From Massilicoli timonensis (GTDB taxonomy: Bacteria; Bacillota_I; Bacilli_A; Erysipelotrichales; Erysipelotrichaceae), in contig NZ_LT963434.1 in assembly GCF_900199515.1 (NCBI RefSeq), positions 2,058,367 through 2,090,366 of the forward strand: 32,000 bases of DNA. Reading direction: 5' to 3'. A model generated the notes under the pieces. That model was not told the origin of the DNA, did no database searches, and saw nothing but the letters and a program-made list of their open reading frames with translations. Numbering within the stretch: the first letter of the stretch is position 1; each line of letters opens with the position of its first letter. Both the position numbers and the translations under genes were made by a program. Below are positions 16,763 through 25,655 of the stretch, in pieces.

Positions 16763-18608
16763 AAGCATCACTATCTTCAAATTGTGATTGATAGAGTTTG
16801 GCATAGAAACCGTTTTGCGCAAGCAGTTCTTCATGTGTTCCTTTTTCTACGATATCGCCGTGATCCATGACTAAGATCATATCAGCGTCACGGATCGTCG
16901 ATAAACGATGTGCAATGACAAAGGATGTTCTGCCTTTCATCAGATTATCCATTGCTTTTTGAATACTGATTTCCGTTCGAGTATCGACAGAGGAAGTGGC
17001 TTCATCAAGGATCAAGATCTGTGGATCTGCCAAGATGGCGCGGGCAATGGTAAGCAGCTGCTTTTGACCTTGTGAAATATTAGAGGCTTCTTCATTTAAG
17101 ATGCTGTCATAGCCATCCGGCAGGGTATGGATGAAGTGATCGACCTGTGCTGCCTTTGCGGCCGCATAGATTTCTTCATCGGTAGCGTCCTGCTTGCCAT
17201 AGCGAATATTGTCTTTTAATGAAGCATGATAGAGCCAAGTATCCTGCAATACCATGCCGAACAAGCCTCTTAGATCATTGCGCTTAAACTGCTTGATATC
17301 TAACTGATCGATCAAGATCGCCCCTTGGGTAACATCATAATAACGCATCAACAGCTTGATCATCGTTGTTTTACCGGCGCCGGTCGGCCCGACGATCGCC
17401 ACTTTTTGTCCCGGTTTTACCACAGCGGTAAAATCGTTGATGATCGTCTTGTCCGAGGTGTAGCCGAAATTGACATGGGCAAACCAAACTTCGCCTTTCA
17501 GATCTTCGGTGCTCAACGCATCTACCGGATCTGGTGTTTCTTCCTGCTCTTCCAAGAAAGCAAAGACACGTTCCGCAGCCGCCATCGTCATCTGCATCGT
17601 ATTGGAAATCTGTGAGATCGACTGAATCGGCTGGTTGAAGGAGCGTACATACTGAATAAAAGCCTGAATATCACCGATCGTGATCGTTCCTTGCGCCGCA
17701 TAGAAACCGCCTAAGATGGTAATTAAGACGTAACCGATATTGGAAATAAAACTCATGATCGGCATCATCAGACCGGAAAGGAATTGAGATCGCCAAGCAC
17801 TGTTGTAAAGCGAATCGTTTAATTCATTAAACTGTGCAACCGAGCGCGCTTCGCCGTTATAGGCCTTTACGATCGTATGCGCACCATACATTTCTTCGAT
17901 ATGTCCGTTTACATGTCCTAAATAATCCTGCTGCTGGCGGAAGTATTTTTGTGAATACTTGATGACGACCATGATAAACAGCATGGAGATCGGCAAGATC
18001 AGCAGCGCCACAAGGCTCATCTGCCAACTGATGGAAAACATCATGACCAGATAGCCGATCAGCTGGGTCAAACTGGTAATGACCTGTGTCGATATCTGAT
18101 TTAAGTTCTGCTGAAGCACATCGACATCGTTGGTAACTAAGGACAGCACTTCACCGTATGGACGTGTGTCATAGTAGGATAATGGCAGCTTATGCACCTT
18201 TTCTTCGATTTCTTTCCGCAGCTTATAGGCGATCTTATTGGAAATACCGGTCATTAAGAAGCCCTGTACGAGGTTACATGCCGCTGATACGATATAAAGT
18301 CCCAGCAGGAACAATAAGATCCTGGCGATCTTGTCAAAGTCAAAGCCTTTGCCGTTTTGTGCGATCAGATTCATCAGTCCTTCAAATAGAACCGTTGTCG
18401 CTTCACCCAGGATCTTCGGCCCGACGATCATGAAAATGGTTGCCAGCGCCGCAATGACCATGACGATTACCATCGTAATTTTATAACTGCCCAGATAGTG
18501 CAGCAATTTCTTTAATGTACCTTTGAAGTCTTTGGCTTTTTCACCGCTCATAGCAGGACCATGTCCCATCGGCCCTCTGCGTCTTGGATTCGTTGTTTTT
18601 TCGCTCAT
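16761..18608 (-). CDS. ABC exporter permease/ATPase, consensus-site subunit (module 2)
   Basis: Start at MSEKTTNPRRRGP (ATG 18608), 1 nt after the upstream stop. Walker A GPTGAGKTT, ISQGQKQLL, Walker B LILDE, H-loop IAHRL. Confidence 0.9.
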   Translation of the reverse strand: MSEKTTNPRRRGPMGHGPAMSGEKAKDFKGTLKKLLHYLGSYKITMVIVMVIAALATIFMIVGPKILGEATTVLFEGLMNLIAQNGKGFDFDKIARILLFLLGLYIVSAACNLVQGFLMTGISNKIAYKLRKEIEEKVHKLPLSYYDTRPYGEVLSLVTNDVDVLQQNLNQISTQVITSLTQLIGYLVMMFSISWQMSLVALLILPISMLFIMVVIKYSQKYFRQQQDYLGHVNGHIEEMYGAHTIVKAYNGEARSVAQFNELNDSLYNSAWRSQFLSGLMMPIMSFISNIGYVLITILGGFYAAQGTITIGDIQAFIQYVRSFNQPIQSISQISNTMQMTMAAAERVFAFLEEQEETPDPVDALSTEDLKGEVWFAHVNFGYTSDKTIINDFTAVVKPGQKVAIVGPTGAGKTTMIKLLMRYYDVTQGAILIDQLDIKQFKRNDLRGLFGMVLQDTWLYHASLKDNIRYGKQDATDEEIYAAAKAAQVDHFIHTLPDGYDSILNEEASNISQGQKQLLTIARAILADPQILILDEATSSVDTRTEISIQKAMDNLMKGRTSFVIAHRLSTIRDADMILVMDHGDIVEKGTHEELLAQNGFYAKLYQSQFEDSDA

Positions 18609-18609
18609 A

Positions 18610-20814
18610 TTACAATTCCTCCTTTGACAGCTGTGAAGATGCGATTTCATAATAAGTCGGACAAGTTTTCAATAATTCTTCATGTGTGCCCTTGCCGACG
18701 ACTTTGCCCTCATCTAACACTAAGATCTGATCGGCGTGCATGATAGTGGAAACACGCTGGGCAACGATCAGCAGCGTCGCATCGCTTAAATTCTCATGCA
18801 GCGCATTTCTTAACTTTGCATCGGTCTTAAAGTCCAGCGCTGAAAACGAATCATCAAAGATATAGATCGGTGCTTTGGTTGCGAGTGCGCGGGCGATCGA
18901 CAGACGCTGTTTCTGTCCGCCGGATACATTGGCGCCTCCTTGGGCGATCAGATCTTGATAGCCGTTCTCTTTGCTTTCAATGAATTCCTCAGCCTGTGCG
19001 ATCTGCGCAAACTGCTTGATTTCCGATAGATCGGCGTTCGGGTTGCCATAGGCGATGTTTTCGGCGATCGTACCGGACATCAGAATGCCTTTTTGCGCTA
19101 CATAGCCGATCTGTTCGTGCAGGTCATGCTGCTTCACTTCCCGGACATCGACGCCGTTTACGAGAATGGCGCCTTCGCTTACATCATAAAAGCGCGGGAT
19201 CAGATTGATCAGCGTTGATTTGCCGCTTCCCGTCGAACCGATGAAAGCAACCGTTTCACCCGGCTTGGCGGTAAAGGAAACATGCGAGATCACATATTCA
19301 TCGGCATTGTCATAGCGAAATGAAACATCTTTGAATTCCACAACGCCGCGCATATTTTCCTGAAATGGTTTTGGTTCAAGCGGATCTTCAATACTTGGCT
19401 TTGTCTGCAATACTTCGTTGATACGCTGGGCGCAGGCAGAAGCACGCGGTACCATGATGAAGATCATGGAAATCATCAAGAACGCCATGATGATCTGCAT
19501 CGCGTATTGAATAAAGGCCATGAGGTCGCCGACCATCATATTCGCATCGGCAATCTGGTGTCCGCCAACCCACACGATGAGCAGCGTCAGGGTATTCATG
19601 ATCAGCATCATTGCCGGCATCATTACGGTAATGACTCGATTGACAAATAATGAGTTGGCAGTCAAATCGCGGTTTGCCTGATCAAAGCGATTCTTTTCAA
19701 ATTCCTGTGAACCGAATGCTCTTACGACGAGCAGACCGCTTAGATTCTCTCTGGCGACCAGATTGATCCGGTCGATCAGCTTCTGCATGATGCGAAAGCG
19801 CGGCATTGCCACTTTCATGATCACACCGATCAAGGCAAATAACAGCACCAGCGCCACGGCAAGCGTCCATGTCATGGAAGTATTCTTTCCCATGATCATG
19901 ATCAGACCGCCAATCCCCATGATCGGTGCATAGGCGAGCATACGGATGCCTAAAATGATCACCATTTGCACCTGGGTAATATCGTTGGTGGTGCGTGTGA
20001 TCAATGAGGAAGAAGAAAAGCGGTCAAATTCTTTGGCGGAAAAGCTTTCCACTTTTTCAAAGAGATCCTTGCGCAGTCCTCGGGCAAAGCCGGCTCCGAT
20101 ACGGGATGCCAGAAAGCCGACGGAAACCGCCGCGATCACGCCGAGCAAAGAGATGCCCAGCATTTTCAGACCGGTCGATAAAATATACTGCATCTGTATC
20201 TCATCTAGGTCCATGCCCAGTTCCTGATAAAACAAAGAGGTCATCACCGAAGCGGTCTGGGTGCTTAAGCTTGCTTCTAAATCACTGCTTTGGGTTTGCG
20301 GCACACGCTGTTCTTGTGGAATCGCGGCAAGCATCGGCAGCATCTTGTAAATTTCTTCCATGTCGATGTTTTCCATGTTTGCTTCACTTTGCGTTGTATT
20401 CGCTTCTGTTCCCATACTGTTCAAAAACGTTAGCATGCGTGTCGTCGCGCTGCCGAAAGCACTGTCCAGATCTTCTCTTTGCTCATTGCTTACATCGCGC
20501 AGTTCTACGGTTTGCGTCGTATTTTGCACTTCGTCTGATAAGCTGTCGCGCCGCTCGCTTATCTCACTTGTATAAGCGTCCTCTACCAGTGCAATTTCTT
20601 TTTCATTCATAAACAGCTGCATGAGCTGCATACCGTTTTTCGATAGGATGTCAGGTGAAGCATGATCGATGCCGCTGTTTTGGATGCCCACATTGACGAT
20701 GTCTGACATATAGTTAGGCAGACCGAGATCACACATCGCCTGGACAAACAGCAGCGCCACCGCTGCGACGATCATAACGGTAAACGGTTTTAGATAACGA
20801 AATAGTTTACTCAT
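18610..20814 (-). CDS. ABC exporter permease/ATPase, degenerate-site subunit with a ~155-aa insertion in extracellular loop 1 (module 2)
   Basis: 734 aa. Walker A GSTGSGKST, VSGGQKQRL, Walker B IFDD (Asp for Glu), Gln for the switch His (IVAQR). An extra acidic, Q/S/T-rich segment lies between TM1 and TM2. Confidence 0.88.
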   Translation of the reverse strand: MSKLFRYLKPFTVMIVAAVALLFVQAMCDLGLPNYMSDIVNVGIQNSGIDHASPDILSKNGMQLMQLFMNEKEIALVEDAYTSEISERRDSLSDEVQNTTQTVELRDVSNEQREDLDSAFGSATTRMLTFLNSMGTEANTTQSEANMENIDMEEIYKMLPMLAAIPQEQRVPQTQSSDLEASLSTQTASVMTSLFYQELGMDLDEIQMQYILSTGLKMLGISLLGVIAAVSVGFLASRIGAGFARGLRKDLFEKVESFSAKEFDRFSSSSLITRTTNDITQVQMVIILGIRMLAYAPIMGIGGLIMIMGKNTSMTWTLAVALVLLFALIGVIMKVAMPRFRIMQKLIDRINLVARENLSGLLVVRAFGSQEFEKNRFDQANRDLTANSLFVNRVITVMMPAMMLIMNTLTLLIVWVGGHQIADANMMVGDLMAFIQYAMQIIMAFLMISMIFIMVPRASACAQRINEVLQTKPSIEDPLEPKPFQENMRGVVEFKDVSFRYDNADEYVISHVSFTAKPGETVAFIGSTGSGKSTLINLIPRFYDVSEGAILVNGVDVREVKQHDLHEQIGYVAQKGILMSGTIAENIAYGNPNADLSEIKQFAQIAQAEEFIESKENGYQDLIAQGGANVSGGQKQRLSIARALATKAPIYIFDDSFSALDFKTDAKLRNALHENLSDATLLIVAQRVSTIMHADQILVLDEGKVVGKGTHEELLKTCPTYYEIASSQLSKEEL

Positions 20815-21304
20815 TTTTATCCTTTCCTTTCAACATTGTTTCATTCATCACTTCCTGCATAATGTCAGGAATACGGTTTAAGATGCGGGTGAAATGGCTA
20901 CGGTCGGTTTCACCGAGCTTTTCAATAAATAGGTTCGTGCGCCGATCCATCACTTCCTTTTGCCGATGCAGCACGTTTTCACCGGGTTCAGTCAAATAAA
21001 CATAGACATTGCGACGATCCCGCTTTGAGTTGATACGCTCGATATAGCCCTTTTCCTCTAAATCGCGCAGGGCTCTGGAAATGGCCGGTTTGGATACTTC
21101 CGCAGACTGGCATAGATCACTGATCCGTGTCAAACGGCGCATTTGTTGGTCAAGTGTGACCAAAACGGCCTGCTCCTTGATCTGCATTAAGAGATAGAAA
21201 GCAAACTGTGGCAAACAGTCATTTTGATTGCTGTGAAAATCCTGCATGAACCGCTTGATGCGATGCATGGCAGTAAGCAGTTCTTCCGTTTCATTGCTTT
21301 TCAT
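20807..21304 (-). CDS. MarR family transcriptional regulator (module 2)
   Basis: Start MKSNETEELL (ATG 21304) after GGAGGCGG. wHTH region ISDLCQSAEVSKPAISRALRDLEEKGYIERINSKRDRR. 8-nt overlap with the ABC start, the same as in module 1. Confidence 0.85.
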   Translation of the reverse strand: MKSNETEELLTAMHRIKRFMQDFHSNQNDCLPQFAFYLLMQIKEQAVLVTLDQQMRRLTRISDLCQSAEVSKPAISRALRDLEEKGYIERINSKRDRRNVYVYLTEPGENVLHRQKEVMDRRTNLFIEKLGETDRSHFTRILNRIPDIMQEVMNETMLKGKDKNE

Positions 21305-21326
21305 AAAACCGCCTCCCTTCAAAATA

Positions 21327-21341
21327 ATTAACAATGTTAAT
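21327..21341. promoter_or_regulatory. Perfect 15-bp palindrome, candidate MarR operator
   Basis: ATTAACA-A-TGTTAAT lies 5 nt downstream of the -10 box, over the predicted transcription start and ~23 nt before the marR ATG. Confidence 0.5.
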
Positions 21342-21345
21342 GATT

Positions 21346-21373
21346 ATTATAGTCAACTGTTTATAAAAGTCAA
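21346..21373 (-). promoter_or_regulatory. Sigma-A-type promoter of marR/ABC operon 2
   Basis: On the minus strand: TTGACT (21373-21368), 16-nt spacer, TATAAT (21351-21346). Confidence 0.6.
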
Positions 21374-21545
21374 TCAAATGATCTTCAAAAGATGATGTGA
21401 AAACATGTGAAGCAAATGGATTGGCAAAATGCCCTATTCATTTTGGGTAAATTCTATTATAATAATGGACAGATAAAATAAGAACATGCAAATATTGATA
21501 AAAAAGACCGGTGTTTTGGGATAAAGGCGAAAAGAGGATTGGGCA

Positions 21546-22250
21546 ATGGAACGAAGGCAGGAAGTAAGAAACGGCTTAAAAGACGGCATAGCGATCGGCA
21601 TGGGGTATTTTTCGGTATCCTTTGCCTTTGGCATGCAGGCGGTTTCCGTTGGCATTTCACCGTGGATTGCGGCATTGATGTCGCTTACCAATATGACCAG
21701 CGCCGGGCAATTCGCTTCTTTACCGCTGATCGTGCAAAACGGTTCGCTGATCGAATTGGCCTTGACCCAGCTTGTCATCAATTTGCGTTATGCGCTGATG
21801 TCGCTTTCTTTATCACAGAAATTAGATCATGAGGTAACGATAAAAGATCGGTTGATCATCGCATTTGCCAATACTGATGAAATCTTTGCGAGCGCCAGTG
21901 CCAGGCCCGGTAAAAATACGAAATACTATCAGTTTGCTTTGATGGTTCTGCCGATCATCATGTGGACGCTTGGCACGCTGTGCGGCGGCTTTATCAATAC
22001 CCTGCTTCCTGAAAGTCTGCGCAGCGCACTGGGCATTGCGATATACGGTATGTTTTTGGCAATCTTTATTCCGCCTGCCAAAAAGCGACAGGAGGTGCGC
22101 ATGGTCGTGCTGTTTGCGGTTCTCTTAAGCTGTCTTTTTCACTGGATGCCGGGACTTGATCAAATCTCCAGCGGCTTTGTCATCATTATCTGCACGTTAT
22201 TAGCAGCCGGTATGGGGGCTTGCTTATTCCCGATCAAGGAGGAATGTTGA
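21546..22250 (+). CDS. azlC: AzlC family branched-chain amino acid exporter subunit
   Basis: 234-aa polytopic protein. N-terminus RNGLKDGIAIGMGYFSVSFAFGM is typical of AzlC and it is followed immediately by azlD. Confidence 0.82.
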   Translation: MERRQEVRNGLKDGIAIGMGYFSVSFAFGMQAVSVGISPWIAALMSLTNMTSAGQFASLPLIVQNGSLIELALTQLVINLRYALMSLSLSQKLDHEVTIKDRLIIAFANTDEIFASASARPGKNTKYYQFALMVLPIIMWTLGTLCGGFINTLLPESLRSALGIAIYGMFLAIFIPPAKKRQEVRMVVLFAVLLSCLFHWMPGLDQISSGFVIIICTLLAAGMGACLFPIKEEC

Positions 22251-22251
22251 T

Positions 22252-22551
22252 ATGAATCCATTGCTCGCTATTTTGGTCATGGCGCTGACTACTTATTTGA
22301 TCCGGATGTTGCCGCTGGTACTCTTTCATAGAGAAATTACACATCCATGGGTGCGCTCCTTTTTACATTATGTGCCTTATGCAGTTCTTGGTACAATGAC
22401 GATTCCCGCTGTTTTTTACAGTACGTCCAGTGTGGTGAGCGCAGCGTGCGGCTTGGGATGCGGCGCCTATCTCGCTTACAGAGAAAAAGACATGGTCATT
22501 GTGGCAGTTGCGGCAGTGATCGCAGTGTATCTCTGTGAGCTGCTGTTATGA
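22252..22551 (+). CDS. azlD: AzlD family branched-chain amino acid transport protein
   Basis: 99-aa, 3-4 TM protein starting 1 nt after the azlC stop, with strong SD AAGGAGG. Confidence 0.8.
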   Translation: MNPLLAILVMALTTYLIRMLPLVLFHREITHPWVRSFLHYVPYAVLGTMTIPAVFYSTSSVVSAACGLGCGAYLAYREKDMVIVAVAAVIAVYLCELLL

Positions 22552-22589
22552 TCAAATCCTTTTTTTGAATCAATTATTTTGAATAGAGA

Positions 22590-22630
22590 AAAAACGAAGT
22601 CGTATGCTTATTTCAGCTGACTTCGTTTTT
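22590..22630. terminator. Bidirectional terminator hairpin overlapping the XRE gene 3' end
   Basis: AAAAACGAAGTC ... GACTTCGTTTTT, a 12-bp stem with a 17-nt loop that contains the XRE stop codon. Confidence 0.6.
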
Positions 22631-22958
22631 CAATGATATGAAACAGATCGCGAAGCAATGCCTTGGTTTCGGTACCGGACTGGCGATAGATGCGAATGAT
22701 GCGCGCTTCTTCTTGGTTCATGATGAGCGGTGCATCCTGCTCCTTGTTTTGTTTGACCCGGTACAGCTCATTAAGATCTAAATCTAAATAGGAGGCGATC
22801 GCTCCCAGTGTTTCCGGATCGGGGATGCGATGATTCTTGATATAGCCGTTCAAAGTGGTGGCGCTGATATGCAGTGCGGCAGCCACCTGTTTCTGTGTCA
22901 TATTCTTTAATTCAATAGCAGATAAGATCGTATCTCCCAGCGTTCTTCTCATGATCAT
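22608..22958 (-). CDS. XRE family helix-turn-helix transcriptional regulator
   Basis: HTH_3-type N-terminus (LKNMTQKQVAAALHISATTLNGYIKNHRIPD). Three closely spaced start candidates (GTG 22961, ATG 22958, ATG 22952). Confidence 0.8.
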   Translation of the reverse strand: MIMRRTLGDTILSAIELKNMTQKQVAAALHISATTLNGYIKNHRIPDPETLGAIASYLDLDLNELYRVKQNKEQDAPLIMNQEEARIIRIYRQSGTETKALLRDLFHIIEKRSQLK

Positions 22959-23126
22959 CACCCTATAATTTATAAACTTATTATAAGTGATGAAGATGGC
23001 GAAAGATGTAGATATTCGAGATTAAGAAAGTGAATTTGAAAACTACACGAACTGCGTATTTTCAAATGTGGCTGGGAAGGGAAAAACACTTTGCCACATG
23101 GTGCATAAAATAGAGTGGGTGATAGA

Positions 23127-23273
23127 GTGAAAAAAGAAAGGTGGCTGTGGATCGCATTGATCTTATTGGTACTGATGGTCGGCTGTTTGATGGTATATAT
23201 GAGCGATCGATGGGAAGTGGATCAACTCGATATGGAAACGCTTGCAATAAGGAGTTTTTTTCTCTATAATTAA
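23127..23273 (+). CDS. Possible 48-aa small membrane protein or lipoprotein-signal remnant
   Basis: GTG start, VKKERWLWIALILLVLMVGCLMVY... (signal-like, lipobox-like MVGC). Weak SD and below the ORF-track cutoff. Its 3' end overlaps promoter P1. Confidence 0.25.
   Translation: MKKERWLWIALILLVLMVGCLMVYMSDRWEVDQLDMETLAIRSFFLYN
23242..23270 (+). promoter_or_regulatory. Sigma-A-type promoter P1 upstream of the AAGC tract
   Basis: TTGCAA 23242-23247, 17-nt spacer, TATAAT 23265-23270. Confidence 0.6.
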
Positions 23274-23306
23274 AATGTAAAATTTAAGGAAAGGGGCTTG
23301 ACAGAG

Positions 23307-23396
<90 letters not shown>

Positions 23397-23442
23397 GTCT
23401 GCCTAATTTTTCTCATCAAGCGGAGCATGATGCCGATTTTAT

Positions 23443-23486
23443 AGGCGCATCTCGTCCTGTTTTTTATGGGCGAGATGCGCCTTTTG
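23443..23486 (+). terminator. Terminator/attenuator-like hairpin in the surface-protein leader
   Basis: AGGCGCATCTCG (23443-23454) pairs perfectly with CGAGATGCGCCT (23471-23482), followed by TTT. It lies between promoters P1/P2 and the CDS start. Confidence 0.55.
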
Positions 23487-23525
23487 CGTGCAAGAAATAA
23501 CGAGTGTTTTTCAGAAAGGAGAGTA

Positions 23526-25583
23526 ATGATGAAAGTGAAAAAGTGGCTCAGTTTATTTACCGTTATTTGCTTGGGATTTCTTGTCGCCGTATCACCAAAA
23601 AATGTTTTTGCGGCAGGCAATCTGCAAGTACGCAATGGTACAAGTTCTGTTACATTGACACAAACAAAGGCGGATGTTTTTGGGGATGGTACTGTTTCAT
23701 ATGATGCAGATACCAATACGCTTACCTTGAATCACGCCACATTGGCACCAACGACCAATCCATCTATGGCGGCGATTTACGATACAAGAGGGGTAGGATT
23801 AAAGATTGTGGTAAAAGGAGAAAATAAGATTGTCCATGATCAAGCAATCTATATCACACAAAACGGCAATTTGGAAATTAGCGGAGAAGGCAGCCTGCGT
23901 GTTGAGGGAAGCGTTTATGCAATTCAAGGATCTGGAAATATCACAATCGATCAAGCAAAGGTAACTGCCAGCACGACGGGCAGCAGTAATGCCGGTATTC
24001 ATGCCAGTGGATCGATCTTGTTGCGGAACAAGTCGAATGTAAGCTCAAGTGCAGCGAATTATCATGGCATTTACGCTACAAAAGGGATCACGGTTGAAAA
24101 CAGCACACTGATCGCTTCTTCTCGTTGTACAAATGGTGCTTACAGTGGTATAGAAGCATCAAGCGGCGACATTACGATTGCCGATTCCGATGTTCGCGTA
24201 ACGGCGAATATAGGTGGGATCGCAACAGCGATCGGCGATATTACGACGCAAAACAGTAAGGTATCTATTATATCTGGCGATGCTGCGATCAATGGAAAAT
24301 CAGTTGCGATTTCTGGCGGATCGGTTGATGCGACGGCTCTAAATGGAGAGGTAAATGCGATTTATGCGTGGGATGGTCCGATAACGATTAGCGAGGGGGC
24401 AACGGTGATTGCCAATGCGGAAGATGAAAGTGCATTTCCGGCAATTTACGGCAATGGCGGCATTGTGATCAAAAACAGCAAAGTAAGTGCCGTATCCGGA
24501 GGCGATGCCGCAATCTTCTCACCGGAAACGATCATAATTAGTGAGAAAGCAGAGATAGATGCGAATGGCTATTATGCTGCGATCAATGCCAGTGAAGACG
24601 TTATGATCTCTGACAGCGTGGTGAACGCAACCGCAGCAGAAGATGTTGCGATTTATTCAGGAGCAGACGTGGCAATCACAAACAGCGCCGTATATGCAAA
24701 CGGTGTTATAGGTAATGAAGGTATTTTGGCAGATGGCACTGCATCCATTGCTCATTCATGGATCGTAACATCAGGTGCAGAAACATTTGAAGGTGAAATC
24801 GAAAATACAGCATTGTTTCATCAAACCAACGGTACTCTCATCGGCACTTTATCTTTGTCAAATGATGTGGTACTGCCTTTCGGTTCGTCGTTGAACTTTG
24901 CTGATGGTTCCCAACTTACAATCGAAAAGGGTACTACCTTTACCAACAATGGAACAATAACCGGATCCATTCGTATCGTTAACAACGGTACGCTCCTTTG
25001 CAACAGCCATGTGGGAGGCATAGCAGATTGTGTGCAGTGCGCAGTATGCGCCGTCTGCGGCAATGCATATGGAAACGTGGATGTGATGCACCACAAGCAT
25101 TTAGAAAAAGTGAATGCCGCTTCAGCTACCCATTTACAAGAAGGCAATATCACATATTGGCATTGTGATGACTGTGATCGATATTTTACCGATCAAGATG
25201 CAAAAAAGGAAATTACTTATGCCGATACGATTCTTTCAAAACTGCCTCATCATGAAAACTTGGATACATGGGAAGCAAATGAGCAGATGCACTGGCAAGT
25301 CTGCACCTGCAAAGAAAATATAAATGAAGGGAAGCATACCTTTGTATGGGTAATCGATCAGGAAGCGAGCGCAACTGAAAATGGATTGAAGCATGAAGTC
25401 TGTACGGTATGCGGTTATAAAAAAGCAGCTGTAGAAATTTTAGCAACAGGTGAATTGAACGAACAACCAACGACAACGCCTTCTACCGGCGACAACGGCA
25501 GTGCGGCATTGTGGCTTGTTTTGTTACTCGGGTCTGGCATTATTTTACATACGCTTGGTACTGCTGAGAGAACTAAAATATAA
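23526..25583 (+). CDS. Cell-wall-anchored surface protein: signal peptide, ~14 degenerate beta-helix-type repeats, Cys/His-rich module, PSTGD sorting signal
   Basis: SD AGGAG 23517-23521 with ATG 23526/23529. Signal peptide MMKVKKWLSLFTVICLGFLVAVSPKNVFA|AG. About 22-26-aa periodic units of the form xIxAxGxITIxxSxVxA. CxxC/HxH-rich region. C-terminus is PSTGD + hydrophobic helix + RTKI. Confidence 0.8.
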   Translation: MMKVKKWLSLFTVICLGFLVAVSPKNVFAAGNLQVRNGTSSVTLTQTKADVFGDGTVSYDADTNTLTLNHATLAPTTNPSMAAIYDTRGVGLKIVVKGENKIVHDQAIYITQNGNLEISGEGSLRVEGSVYAIQGSGNITIDQAKVTASTTGSSNAGIHASGSILLRNKSNVSSSAANYHGIYATKGITVENSTLIASSRCTNGAYSGIEASSGDITIADSDVRVTANIGGIATAIGDITTQNSKVSIISGDAAINGKSVAISGGSVDATALNGEVNAIYAWDGPITISEGATVIANAEDESAFPAIYGNGGIVIKNSKVSAVSGGDAAIFSPETIIISEKAEIDANGYYAAINASEDVMISDSVVNATAAEDVAIYSGADVAITNSAVYANGVIGNEGILADGTASIAHSWIVTSGAETFEGEIENTALFHQTNGTLIGTLSLSNDVVLPFGSSLNFADGSQLTIEKGTTFTNNGTITGSIRIVNNGTLLCNSHVGGIADCVQCAVCAVCGNAYGNVDVMHHKHLEKVNAASATHLQEGNITYWHCDDCDRYFTDQDAKKEITYADTILSKLPHHENLDTWEANEQMHWQVCTCKENINEGKHTFVWVIDQEASATENGLKHEVCTVCGYKKAAVEILATGELNEQPTTTPSTGDNGSAALWLVLLLGSGIILHTLGTAERTKI

Positions 25584-25621
25584 TGCATCTAAACTAAGAT
25601 AACGATTGTGTGTTGAATAAA

Positions 25622-25655
25622 ACGTCTTGTGTGATGTGAGCGCAGGGCGTTTTTT
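25622..25655 (+). terminator. Probable intrinsic terminator after the surface-protein gene
   Basis: ACGTCTT / AGGGCGT stem (two G:U pairs) followed by T5. Confidence 0.4.

Noticed and set aside
20004-20612. 202-aa plus-strand ORF inside the ABC gene
   Set aside because: It is antisense to a well-supported ABC exporter CDS, its translation is Cys/Arg/Ser-rich and nonsensical, and it has no RBS.
21434-21781. 115-aa minus-strand ORF overlapping the azlC start
   Set aside because: It overlaps the well-supported azlC CDS and its leader, and no SD or family resemblance was found.
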